A stretch of 64,000 nucleotides of DNA from Rhodosorus marinus CCMP1338 (GCA_029953675.1 JAMWBK010000003.1:1240001-1304000); one strand, 5' to 3'. Positions 10,736 through 22,043 are shown, counted from the stretch's first letter. Notes: a model not told the origin generated them from the letters alone. Numbers and translations: made by a program.

Positions 10736-12656
10736 TATAAAGGATCCAGGACCAGTTGACAGTTGGGAAGGCACGACTAGTGACAGGGCTCAGTGCGGTG
10801 TTCATTTGGTACTTTGATCAAACTAGTCACTGAGTTGAATGTAGGAAAGACTTGTAAGTATGACAGATTCGTGTGTGGTAGCAACTTCGACTATAGAGGA
10901 GGCTTTTGTTGTCGAGGTATCAACCGAAGACAAGGATGAGTCGAAGCAAAACGTGACAGATGCCGACTCGAACGTGGATGAGAGCGCATCTATCAGTTCA
11001 GACGTGAGTGGGAACACGGACATCGAAGCAGATGAGAAAGAAGGCGATGTGCAGGACAGTGAAGGTGGACACGGAGAGGACTTATCCATTCTCCTTGCGT
11101 TTTTCCTTCTCACCGTGGACATGGTGGGAAACGGAGTTCTGTCGTTTCCCAATTCAGTCGCAACGTTGGGATGGATCCCTGCGCATCTTATTAACGTGTT
11201 AGTCGCAGTGCTTTCGATTTGTTCGGGTCTCGTTTTGTATCGGCTACGAACGACCCGCTTTAGTTCCGCGACGAGTTACCCTCAGCTGTTTTTGGGAGTG
11301 TTCGGGAAGAAAGGACTAGTTTTTTCAAGGTGCAATACATACCCGCTCATGTTCCTGATGGCCTCTGCATATAACTACACGCAGTCGTCGGCATGGAGCT
11401 CTCTTTTCGCTGGGTCAAGTTTAAGTCTTAAGGAATGGATGGTGATCGCCGGGGCGGTTTCGCTGCTGGTTCTACAAGCGAGGAGCTTCAAGGCCATGGC
11501 GTGGACGTCGGTCATAGCTATAATGACCATCATCATACCGATTTTCATTTCGTTCGTTGTGATTGGGGACATGGTGAGGAACCCGGATCTGTACCCGGTT
11601 GGAAACCACGTGCTTTTCTCAGAGTACAGTCTGAGCGCCTGCATGGTTGCAGCTATGGATATTGTGTACGCATATTCGGGAATTGTGATCTTCCTCGAGA
11701 TTATGAGCTCGATGAAGTATGTGGAGCGATTCAAGTACGCTCTGATCTTGACCGAGACGTCATGCTGCCTGCTATACGCGCTAGTGGGTTCCGTAGTGTA
11801 CGGCTTGGCGGGAGATGCGAACTGGCTACAATCGCCCTACATCGACTCACTTCAGCCTGGTGCGGCGAAGACAGTGAGCATGGTTTGCATCATCATCCAT
11901 GCGGCCATTGGAATGCTTCTTGGGGGAAATATTTTCACATACGCTGCACAGCGAGCAATTGAGCCGAGCTTCAAGAGGCTCATCTTCGGAAAGAAGAACG
12001 CTCCTTACAAGGTGGCGCCCCTGACTGTGTCCAAACCCGCAGCAATGCTATGGTGGTTGTTGTGGACGACAATTCTCATTTTCTTCGTTGTCCTGGTCAA
12101 CGTGGCGATTCCGTCTTTCCAGACGTATCTCGGGTTCGTTTCGTCGATCCTCGTATCGCAGACCTGCTTCATTTGGCCGGGACTACTGGACCTTAAAGTT
12201 TTCCTGAAGAAGCGAGAGGGCAAGAAGCAGCTACTATCTGCCATAAGTGTGTTCCTGATAGTGATTGGATTCGTTTCCCTTACCTTGGGTCTCTGGGGTA
12301 ACATTACTGAGATCGTAAAATTGTCCAGATGATCAAGCATCTCATGATGACGTGGCTTTGTATTTTGATAATGCGGAAAACTAGTAAGTATTGACATTGC
12401 TTATTTAATGAGAATAAATCCTGGGTTCTTTTCTTCTATGCATCGGACCCAAATACCATCGGAAGCGACCCAAAACCACCAAACCAAAATACATGGGTTG
12501 GTGGTTTTACTATCGACCCATATATTGTCGCAGTTGAAATTCTAGGATAGGGTATGCTTAAAACAAAACTTCGTTATGGAGCAAAGTTTTCGAAGCACCC
12601 GTTCGGAAGTCATTAGACCTCGACGAGAAGCCGGAAGATCGCATTTTGCGGAACTG
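10736..12656 (+). repeat. Near-identical duplicated segment, copy B (partner 6731-8653)
   Basis: Direct sequence comparison with copy A. Confidence 0.97.
10860..12332 (+). CDS. AAAP-family amino acid transporter, copy 3 (490 aa, intronless)
   Basis: Intact ORF with 30 amino-acid differences from copy 2 by manual count. Confidence 0.92.
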   Translation: MTDSCVVATSTIEEAFVVEVSTEDKDESKQNVTDADSNVDESASISSDVSGNTDIEADEKEGDVQDSEGGHGEDLSILLAFFLLTVDMVGNGVLSFPNSVATLGWIPAHLINVLVAVLSICSGLVLYRLRTTRFSSATSYPQLFLGVFGKKGLVFSRCNTYPLMFLMASAYNYTQSSAWSSLFAGSSLSLKEWMVIAGAVSLLVLQARSFKAMAWTSVIAIMTIIIPIFISFVVIGDMVRNPDLYPVGNHVLFSEYSLSACMVAAMDIVYAYSGIVIFLEIMSSMKYVERFKYALILTETSCCLLYALVGSVVYGLAGDANWLQSPYIDSLQPGAAKTVSMVCIIIHAAIGMLLGGNIFTYAAQRAIEPSFKRLIFGKKNAPYKVAPLTVSKPAAMLWWLLWTTILIFFVVLVNVAIPSFQTYLGFVSSILVSQTCFIWPGLLDLKVFLKKREGKKQLLSAISVFLIVIGFVSLTLGLWGNITEIVKLSR

Positions 12657-13084
12657 CATGAATTTGATTAACCGAACGGAGGCATAACTGACGTAAACGG
12701 CTGATGACCAGTGACCGCTCAGCCTGGCATGAGCGTGTTCTCTCGTGGTTTTCGCACCTTGTCGCCTCCTACCCGGACGGTTCCCTTCCCCTTTGTCGTC
12801 AGAGCACGGCCGTACGGCTCCCTCAGCTGATGAACCACCTCTGCGAAGAACGCACATTTATTGTGAAAAGAGCAAGTCGGGAATGTGAAACTCCTTCCTA
12901 AGAACACTAGCCCATCTAGTATGATCGCACAGGAGCATATCCCGGTTTACTAGTTGTTGCAGGCAGTGGAATTGGGTGACCGTACTTCACCAAGACCTTT
13001 GCTTAGTTACCAGTGGGATTGAGCAAGAGAGCCCTTCCACAATCTATTTACTGACGCCAACAGGCATGTGACCTTGGACATCAG

Positions 13085-13127
13085 TAGTCTCTTTCTGCCC
13101 TCGGCTGTTTTTTGAGTCTCCGAATAA
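13085..13127 (+). mobile_element. Isolated short 3' tail of the CRE-like element
   Basis: ccctcggctgttttttgagtctccgaataa. Confidence 0.55.
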
Positions 13128-13476
13128 CCTCGTTAAAATATGCACTTAGCAGAAAAATCAACAGGAACAGTTCAGTTGGAAGCTAACAACAAAAGTTCTT
13201 AAATCATCAGTCCAACTGCTACAAAAACGTAACCACTTGAATGAATTTGTTGCACCAACTAAGGCCCTCCGCAAGGATGGGAATCGTTGGTGTTGTTTGG
13301 CCATGGTATCTAATTGCCAGACGGTCGCGAAGACTGGCCACGAAGTAAACCGTTGCCAAGCCCTAGATTCTACGTAACTCAACAAGTTCATCTCAAAATA
13401 TGCTCCAATAATGCTTTTCTGCCCCAGCTTTTCGATAGAGGCAAAGAAGGGGTACACACCCACACACAAACTGACT

Positions 13477-13950
13477 GAATGAATTGGTTCAATCATTGAA
13501 ACTATTTAATCGGAGACTGAAAAAAAAGACCCGAGCGAAAAAAAGACTAATGCGCGACGAAGATCGCGCGCCTCCAACATCACAGCAGCGTTCATAAGCC
13601 ACAGCAAGAAATGTAAACTGGTAAGCAACGAGGACAGACGGTCAGGGTGTTCGCGGGACAATTCCCGAAGCCAACGAGAACCAACGGAATCCATAAACCC
13701 AAAGCACTCAATCACCAGATGTCGTACCAGGCGATGAGCTAGAGCCGAAGCGCGAATCCCTGGAGAAGACAAAGCCACGGCATATTCAACTCTTTGCGAC
13801 GTCTCATACTGGCAGCGGCAAATCCACGGCGCTCTCCCACAGCCGGGAAATGTCGACTCACCTGAGGACTAGGAACGCAAGATCAACGTACCTCGTAGGC
13901 AGCTATCGTCACAGGTGACCACGAGGTCAAGCGACGCGGTGCTGACCTAA
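13477..13950 (-). mobile_element. 5'-truncated CRE-like RLE domain plus 3' end (subfamily 1)
   Basis: Minus strand DLVVTC...LVIECFG...RWLREL...FSVSD*, followed by an attcattc-type tail. Colinear with 18163-18585. Confidence 0.88.
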
Positions 13951-14262
13951 GATAATTGAAAATGAATTTATTTAATATAATTAGGGTTGCCAAAGGTTGG
14001 TAAGTGGAATTTTATTATTACGGTAAGTGTTGATTGTGAAAACGACCCCAATTTCCAGGGTTTTGCAGTAATTAGAGGTAAAACCGGTAAAATCGGTAAA
14101 ATCGATTGTTGTTTCAAAATCGGCTCTAACGACCTCAAAAGCGAGGAAAATGAGAAAATTATAGCCACAGAGTATTATCGGCAACCTACCGACCCACCTA
14201 GTAGCAGCAAAAATCAACTCCTTTCACATCACCAAAATTACAATCTTTGTATACCCGATTGA

Positions 14263-14406
14263 ATTTCTTGTTGTGGCGCATTGAACGCTGCGTTGCTAAA
14301 CCATTCGTTCGCTATTGGAGGCGCGCAACCTTCGCGGCGCTCAGTCTTTTTTTTTCCTCTCGGGGTTTTTTCTTTCAGTCTCCGATTAAACAATTCATTC
14401 ATTCAT
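14263..14406 (+). mobile_element. 144-bp 3' tail of the CRE-like element inserted into the dispersed repeat
   Basis: Ends ggggttttttctttcagtctccgattaaacaattcattcattcatc. The flanks match the uninterrupted copy at ~6010-6030. Confidence 0.88.
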
Positions 14407-14789
14407 CGGTAGCGAAAGTCCACCCTTTTTCTTAGAAGCTTGGAAGCCTTCTTACAGGTTTGCCTGATCTTAGTCAATCTACTCATTTAGTGGAGGTGCT
14501 TTAGCACGTATCCTAAAGCCCGGGAGCGAGGTAAGACACGAGGGCGTACTGAGACCTATCTGGGAAACTCTGTCGAGGAACAACTTCTAGCAGGTTTACT
14601 CGAGACACACCGGGTTTCTTCCAAAGAGTTTTCTTGGGAATTTACTTGTATGGTGGTTTTATTCATGTGGTTTAGATGCGCAAGGCGCTGCCGTGCATGG
14701 AAGCGACTGTGGATTAAGAACTTTTGACTTTGGCTGGCTGAGTTGTTTTATTGCTTGACGGGTTTCTCACGTGGGTGAGTGAAAAAATT

Positions 14790-16480
14790 GTATCTGGTAG
14801 TTAAAGTGCGATTTGAAAGACTTCGCAGCGTCTCCTTCAACCTTTTCCGACGTGGACTTGCTACCCGAATTCGAGGCATTTTTAGACCGTCCAGAGTTGG
14901 CCAGGTTCCGCATCGACCTGACGCTCCGTGAGTCTGATCTGGAGGATTTGCTCCGGACCTCCCGGCGTGGACGCTGCCCTGGACCCTCTGGGCTACGAAC
15001 GGAATTCCTGCAGGCCTTGAGCAAGCCTGGCCAGAGCGCACTGGTGAAGATCCTGAATACGCTGTTCCAGGGTGCAGGGGGTGCGTCTGCTCCTTGGGAC
15101 CATCTGCGACGGGCACAGCTTTGCTTGCTAACGAAACCCGACCACGAGCCGGCACACCCGCGTCTCCGGCCGATCGGCATGGTCGAGAGTCTACGGAAGC
15201 TCGCCGGAGGTGGCTATGCCAGCGCCTACGCCAGCGAGTCACCGCTTTCATGGCGCCTTGGCAGGTAGGGGCGGGATTTTTTTTTCCGGGGGTTGCGAAC
15301 TGGTCACTCATGCGATCGAGCTCGAGCGAGCCAGTAGGCCGGATTGGGGCGTTTTGGTGGTTGACTTCCGTAACGCGTTCAAAAGCGTCTCGCGGACGAA
15401 TGCTTTGGAGGTGATTCGAAGGGTATTCCCGGAGGCGTGGCCGTTCCTATCCGGGGGGAGCCTCCCTTACTTGACAACGCAGGGCTCTGTTTTTTGCAGC
15501 ACGTACTGGTGTTCAACAGTGTGATCCGTGTGGGCCTGTCCTTCACGCTGTGCCTTGCAGCTCATGCTACAGCGATTGGCGGCTGAGGTGCCGGATCTTC
15601 GCATCTGTGCCTACCACGACGACGTGACGTTGCTGGGCACCCCTGAGCACTTGGCTCGGGGATTGACCCAGATCGAAGCAATCGCACGTGGAGTAGGTCT
15701 AACCGTGGAACCCGAAAAATGCCGTTTTCTCGGCCCGCGTGAAGTTTCGAGGGGCTCCCTGCCACCTAGTCTCCGAGCCTTTGGTGAACATGCGGGGCTC
15801 GAGCACCATGGCGTCGGTTTGGGGAGTGGCAACTTTGTCCAAGATTCTTGCGAACGAGTTTTAGCCGCGCAATAAGCAGCTCACCGACGCCATTGAGCGC
15901 CTACCGGACAGCATGCTCCAATCGGCTTGCCTGCTCTCCCGCTTTTGTGCCGGCCCCGGACTGAATTCCTGGCTGCGAAGCCTTCCACCGCACTGGGGCT
16001 CGTGGATGGCAGCCAAGGCGGACGAGGCGACGCTGAAGCACTAGGGGACGCTATTGGATGAACCCCTGGATGTGGAAGCGGCTCCTGACAGGGACCTAAT
16101 TCGTGGCCAGATTGCCCTACCTTTACGATTAGGCGGATTTGGAGTGGCCGACCGTGGACTCGTATGCTCGGCTGCGGCGGTCGCCTGCTCGGCTACCGCG
16201 CTTCGCACCTTGGTGAGTTTTCGGATGCGAAGTGCTTGCCTTTTGGCTAGAGCACTGACTAGCGAAAACCCCGTGACCCTTCCGCGGCCGCTTTTGAGTA
16301 TCTATGATGCTCTGCATCAGGCGTTCAGTAAGTGCAATGCAGTGCCGGACGAGAGCCGATCCAGATTTCGCTCCTGGAAGGAGCTGTTATGGGGACGAAC
16401 TGAGGAGCTCGAGGACTCTCCCATCGACAGAGTACTCGCCGACGAGGGGGAAGCTAGCCCCGGGTCAGTTTCCACCGGGG
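14790..16480 (+). mobile_element. Frameshifted reverse transcriptase of a CRE-clade non-LTR retrotransposon
   Basis: Motifs in order across frameshifts: PGPSGLR, LRPIGMVESLRKLA, VVDFRNAFKSVSR, GVQQCDPCGP (QGDP box), AYHDDVTL (YxDD), GLTVEPEKC, LLSRFCAGP...WLRSLPP, LPLRLGGFG. Confidence 0.92.
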
Positions 16481-16539
16481 TTTTTCCCCGGCAGTAAGCC
16501 GTTGGGGTTCCTGTTTCATGATCGGGCTGGTAGAAGTCT

Positions 16540-17290
16540 TTTCCACCCTGGGTCCCGTAGCTTCGTATGACAGAGCCCCGTCAAAGACTACAATCGCTCA
16601 CATGCTGCGGCATACGGACAGAATCCTGTCAATGCAACCCCAAGTTCGCGATCCCCCAGCGTTTTCTTTCGTGGAGGGACCTAAACTTGAACAGATCACG
16701 GATTATGTGGTCGCACCAGAAAGATTCGGAAGGAAACGGCCCAATCTTCAGATGATATTCCTTGATGTGATCACGGAGATCCTCTCTCCAGGAACTTTCG
16801 CTTGTTGCTTGCTCGCTAAACAATTCTTGCTACGGATTCTCCGCGACCAAGCAAACACGTTGTTAATCGCGTGGCGACATGACCACTCCCCTCAGGCGGA
16901 GATCAAGCATCCAAGAAATGTATTATACTGGACGAAGTGCGTTCCTCACCCGCTTCTCTACTGCGTTTGAAATGGCGCGCGATACTGGTTGACTTTCTCC
17001 GCATCCTTGCAATTCTTGCAGATTTGGCCTACCGCGTTTGTACCCTCAATTCAAGCCCGGAATCGAAGTTTGTGAACCCTTCAAATGAGGTGTTTGTTCG
17101 AGGCAGACCCCCGATTCCGTTGCAGAACACCTGTTTTTTTTCATTCGGGTGAGACCTTCGATTCCGCAACAACAGAGAAGAATCCAATTGCTGGTTTTTT
17201 ACCCCCATACACACCGCTTTTCTATATAAAACAATCATTTTTTCCCGAATCGCTGCAATATCCTCGATTCCAGCTCGTGCTCTGGTGCTT
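16540..17290 (-). mobile_element. Decayed hAT-family transposase C-terminal half
   Basis: RPNLQEL...AVEKRVRNALRP...LDLRLRG...LRDHIKEYHLK...FW, then after a frameshift RELGVALTGFCPYAAACERL*S...HTKLR. Aligns with the 2670-2420 dimerisation domain. Confidence 0.75.
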
Positions 17291-18162
17291 ATTTTCAGGT
17301 AGTTACCAGGTGATCTATTGCATCTTGAAGGTGCGAGCGCTCCTCCGTGGAGCCTGGAGGCATGTTCGGAAGCTTCTCGGTCCAGCTCTCCCTACTCTGC
17401 CGAGGGCCTGCTCGGCTCCGGGTCCCCACCGGTCTCACCTGCCATCCCGAACCTCAGCAACCCTTCAGAACTCCAAAATTAAACAATGAACCACCCACAA
17501 AGCGAAAATCTCCGCCACTCACTCCCACTAACAACCAATCGCAACACACCACTGGACACCAGTCCCCATAAATAATCAAGAGATGTAATCTCACGATCAA
17601 TGCAAATGTTTATCTCTCAAAAGGCCCTCTTTAACAGGGTATTTGACCTAGAGCGCAAAATAACCACTATAAACGGTCTCCAATGACAAAGACCATCGCG
17701 GGGACGAAACCCTCTGACTGTATGCCAAAGGTATGTGCAGGGATGAAACCCGCCATCTTAACCAAACCCCAAAGAGACTCTGTTCGTTTAGTCTATTCCC
17801 TGCTGTTCTTCTGTTTCCCTCTCTACTTCCCAGTAAACTCTAAACCCCGGGGTTTACTAATATCCCTGATCTCACCTCTGTGGAGGGGTTTAAAGACTTC
17901 ACATCCTCCCGCGAGGTGAACATGACCCCAATGCTTATTTCCTGAACGAAAATTGAAGGAGTTAGGGGTTAAAGCTGATCTTGGTCAATGTTATCCGCTG
18001 CGCTTGGGTTCGGTTTTCGTCGCCACCCACTAAACATTTCGTTTGTTCTTCGGTCCGTTTAAGCGCTCAATCGAAAAGTCGAAGCAGGAAAGCCATCATT
18101 AGTTTTTGGCCAAAATGTTGAATTACGTAGAATTTCCGAATGACATGCCTTAAACTAAAAGT

Positions 18163-18585
18163 GGTCACCTGTGAAGATAGCCGGCATACGACGTACGTTG
18201 ATCTTGCTGTTCCTAATCCTCACGCTAGTCGCTATTTGCCGGCCGCGGTTGAGACGTGGATTTGCTGCTGCCAGTATGAGACGTCGCAAAGAGTTGAAAT
18301 ACGCCGGGGCTTTGTATTCCCCAGGGATTCGTGCTTCGGCTCTAGCTCATCGCAAAGTGCCTCTGGTCATTGAGAGCTTTGGTTTGTGGATTCCGTTGGT
18401 CCTCGGTGGCTTCGGGAATAGTTCCGCGAACACCCTGCATGTCTGTCCTCGTTTACGCGTTTAGGTTTCTTGCTGTGGCGCATGAATGCTGCTTTGATGT
18501 TGGAGGCGCGGGGTCTTCGCCGCGCATAGTCCCCTCAGGGTTTTTTCTTTCATTCTCCGATTAAACAAATTCATTCAAATTCATA
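18163..18585 (+). mobile_element. 5'-truncated CRE-like RLE domain plus 3' end (subfamily 1)
   Basis: TYVDLAVPNPHASRYLPA...RRKELKY...PLVIESFG...FFLSFSD*, followed by aaattcattcaaattcat. Confidence 0.9.
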
Positions 18586-18619
18586 ATTAAGAAAAAACTT
18601 GCGGGTTCGAGTCGCGGTT

Positions 18620-18680
18620 GTCATGTTGGTGTTTTCCCCTCGGGTTTTTTTCTTTGCAGTCTCCGATGAACCATTCGTTC
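18620..18680 (+). mobile_element. Second short CRE-like 3' tail, tandem to the previous one
   Basis: cccctcgggtttttttctttgcagtctccgatgaaccattcgttcg. Confidence 0.7.
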
Positions 18681-20429
18681 GATGAAACAAACATTCAGTC
18701 AAACTAGAAGCCCAGGACGGGTTCTCATGCTGGGCACAGTATTGCTTGGTTCGCGCTTGAATTACGGGTGCTCCGTGGGGCCCGAGGCTGGCAGAATTGG
18801 TAAGTTCAGTCAATATCGGGGGGTGACTTCGGGTCAATCATTATTTCGTGTATTTTCTTAGCAATGGTTAGGACCATGTGGTCATCGAAAAAATGAGCCT
18901 TGTTTCCGTTGGTCGTAAAAAAAGCGGACTTCTGTTATCACGTGGGGGGGTCGGAATTTTACCTTGACGTGGGTTTTCAATCTGCGGTAAGTGTTTCCAT
19001 TTTCTGGATCAGTGGCTTTTCGTTGTTTTCGGGGTTTATTTTGCCGCGATTTTGATAAATGAATACTGATAAATACCATAAACATCTGATGCCGAGTCCT
19101 CGAAATTTAACTCGTTTTCTACGTTTTCAGGTTCGGGGGTTTTTTAGATGTATTTACTGACCGATGGACACCGTTAGAGAACGTTAGAGACGACACGATC
19201 GGGAAGGTCAATGCTTCATAGATTCTGAGTTTCTCATAAAACTTCTATGCAGCCTTTAGAGTTTTCCACGTTTTATGCTAGAACTTTCACTTCTTTTTTT
19301 ATCCGCATTTACGTAGTAGTACCCCTCGACTTGGCGAGCCGCCCCTTGCCTCCTTCCGAAGAAGATGATCTCAGCTACCATGATCGTGTAGGAGCATATG
19401 GCCGTTTGTCGCACAGGTTTCCGAATCTTGGTGGGATCGTGCGGTCAGACCGAACTTCCACGGAGGCGTTCATGGACTAAAATCCTCTGGATACTGCTTA
19501 CCAATTCTCCTCATGTGTCCAATGTTCTGGAGAACAGCATGGATATGCCGATCTCTCTGGCGTCCGGCTTGTTCCATTCAACTACATCTGACGCTATTTG
19601 TCCGTACTAACGTCACACCGACTGTGCTGAGTTTTCCTTGTAACAATTCTAGTTCTTCAAAAGATGGCTAGGCACGTATCACTTGCTAATCAACAATTAC
19701 TGACTCCCACGAACTGCTCCGTACAACGTATCTAGTCCTCTACCCCTACTGCTTAAGCATTTGAAGAACCACACTCAGCAGGTCCAGTGCACGGTAGTCG
19801 ACGGTGTGAAACGGGACAAAACCCTTCCCGCTTACGAGCTGGGCTGAGCATTTGTTAGTAAACGACAACGAGCATTCCATTGAGACGTTCGATCGAGACA
19901 ATACTGGAGGTTTCAATATGGAAAGACGCATATTTCGACGGTCCAGTACCTTTTCTCAGGAACGCAGGTCCCAAACGAGGCCAAGCAGGAATTGATTGAC
20001 CTATCCGCAAATTCGTGGCAGTTGATTTGTTTCATGAAACGTACTTCTAAAGGTACAACGTTGAGGGTAGCCTCGAAGATGTTGCAGGCGTATTGACATG
20101 TGAACTCTTCAAGTGGAGCGTGTTCCAATTTGTTTGAAAGTGCCAGGCACAAGTGCCAAATTTCACCTGGAGGAATGTGAGCGTTTCGAGCGGCTCCCTG
20201 TACGTAGGACTCGGTCTCTTGACACGATTTTACGTCTGTGCAGAACGAGCGCGGCAGCTTTTTCCTCCGCCGAGAATCGCAACGTCCACCGTGGATTCTA
20301 TTCCCAGGATTCGGGATGCTAAACTTTCCCATGTGCCACACACTGCATAGACCGTGTCAAGTCTTGCGAGCCGACTAAGCGAACTATGGCTGTAGTCGTT
20401 CTACTGCTTGTTTCCAGAATTTTGTCAAA

Positions 20430-20552
20430 TCAGAAGCGGCGCTTCGTTTTTTGTGGCGTATGATCGCGGTTTTGAAATTGGAAGGTGCGTGATCTTCGCC
20501 TTCTCAGTAGAGCTTGTTCCAATCGGTGTTTTTTTTCAGTCTCCGAATGAAT
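20430..20552 (+). mobile_element. Degenerate CRE-like 3' tail
   Basis: tgtggcgtatga...ttggaaggtgcgtgatcttcgcc...tcggtgttttttttcagtctccgaatga. Confidence 0.75.
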
Positions 20553-22043
20553 ATCTCCTTCGTCGAAAGTGGAGGTAATTCCAGGAAAATGCCAGCTTAC
20601 GGTATAAAATCTTCATCCTGATAGACCTGTAAGCGGTTCCCCGTGTTCTGTCGGGTGTTGGAAATTGAGCTCATGCGACACCGGGCTACTTAGTCAACGT
20701 TTCGCTCAACCTTGAACGATTACGTTGACCAATGACGTACACCTAAACTTCATTCCCACATCAAGTGTACACGCCAGTGTCGGTGACAAGCGCGGTTAAT
20801 TTAGTCCAAATCATTCCCCGATCGTGGTACCCATGCCAGACTGACAACCTTTACTGGTAAAACGACAACCTCAAGTGGCTATCAGTATTCCCTCTCCGAA
20901 TCGCTGCAGCTCAAATGCTTTTTTCCATTAAATTTTATGCACGCACGTTCTCCAGTCAAACTCCCAACGCTCGAAAAATATGTATACACAAACATATCAC
21001 TTATTTTTATGGTATGTTCGGAGCGCCGCTTATATTTACCTATAATGGAAATATTTATATACTTATTACAGATACAATTAGTCGTGTACCATATCGTTTC
21101 GCTACTCATATTTCGGCGTGTAATCCAAACAGCAAACGGATCGGCAACATTTGCAAGCGCCAGGTCTCTATTTTTTATTAGTAGAAAATTTTAAAAACAG
21201 GGGCTCTCTGTTGAACTGTATTTCACCCATGAGAGGTAGCTTGGGAGGTGGTACGCGGATTGCTGACAGAAACGGAATCAGGAGAACCCCCCGTGCGGCT
21301 TTTCGGGAAGGAACCGAGAGTTCTAACAAATAGAAATAGATAGAGAACATAGCAAGATGGTTTATTAGTTTTTCCTATCCATTTGTCAGAAATATTGAGC
21401 TGCCTTTTTTAGAAAACGAATTAGGAATCGAACCTGTTTTTCTTAAAAGAGCAGTCGGTCAGACAGGGTTTTTTCTATGTATGGGCCTAGTTTGAGGGTA
21501 GGGCAAACTAGACACTGTGATCTTGCTCAGCTGACCCATAAACCCCGAACCCGTCCCACCCCTTCCCCCTATCATGCCGTCCAAAACCCATCCCTATCAC
21601 CGATCGGAACAATTCCTTTGATGGCGTTGGACCAGGATTTTGGTATTTGGCGATGATACTCCCAGTAAAGCCTCAGATTTTCTAAGTGATCGATGTGCCA
21701 GAATATGACAACGTAAAGTGCACGCAGCTGTCTGAGAAATTAGGAATATGATTTCTACGAGGCTGCCAGGATTTCGTAGAAAGGGTAGAGCTCGTTGCGG
21801 GTTCCTCTGGTGGGCAGAGACGCTGAGGATAAATTAAGCGGGTGACAGTCGGATTCCTGACTAGCCAGTTGGAGGACGACCTGTGCACACTTGCTCGTCG
21901 TTGGGTGCAAAACGAGCTTCCTCGGGATTGTAAGTTGCGCTAAAGAGGTTCAAGGTACAATGGTATCTGCTTTTGCGGGGCTTTGCAGCGCGCTTGTTTG
22001 AGGGGTATGAGGAAAGTCTTTCAAGCTGGCGCTGTGCGTGAAT

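Noticed and set aside
12695-12740. Hammerhead ribozyme cores at CTGATGA sites (8674, 8711, 12700, 12827)
   Set aside because: None has GAAA after a stem II or a matching stem III/NUH.
13160-13470. Possible further hAT dimerisation remnant (W...QRFPSLRRAL) on the minus strand
   Set aside because: Only one short motif matches and the ER-x-FS motif is not convincing.
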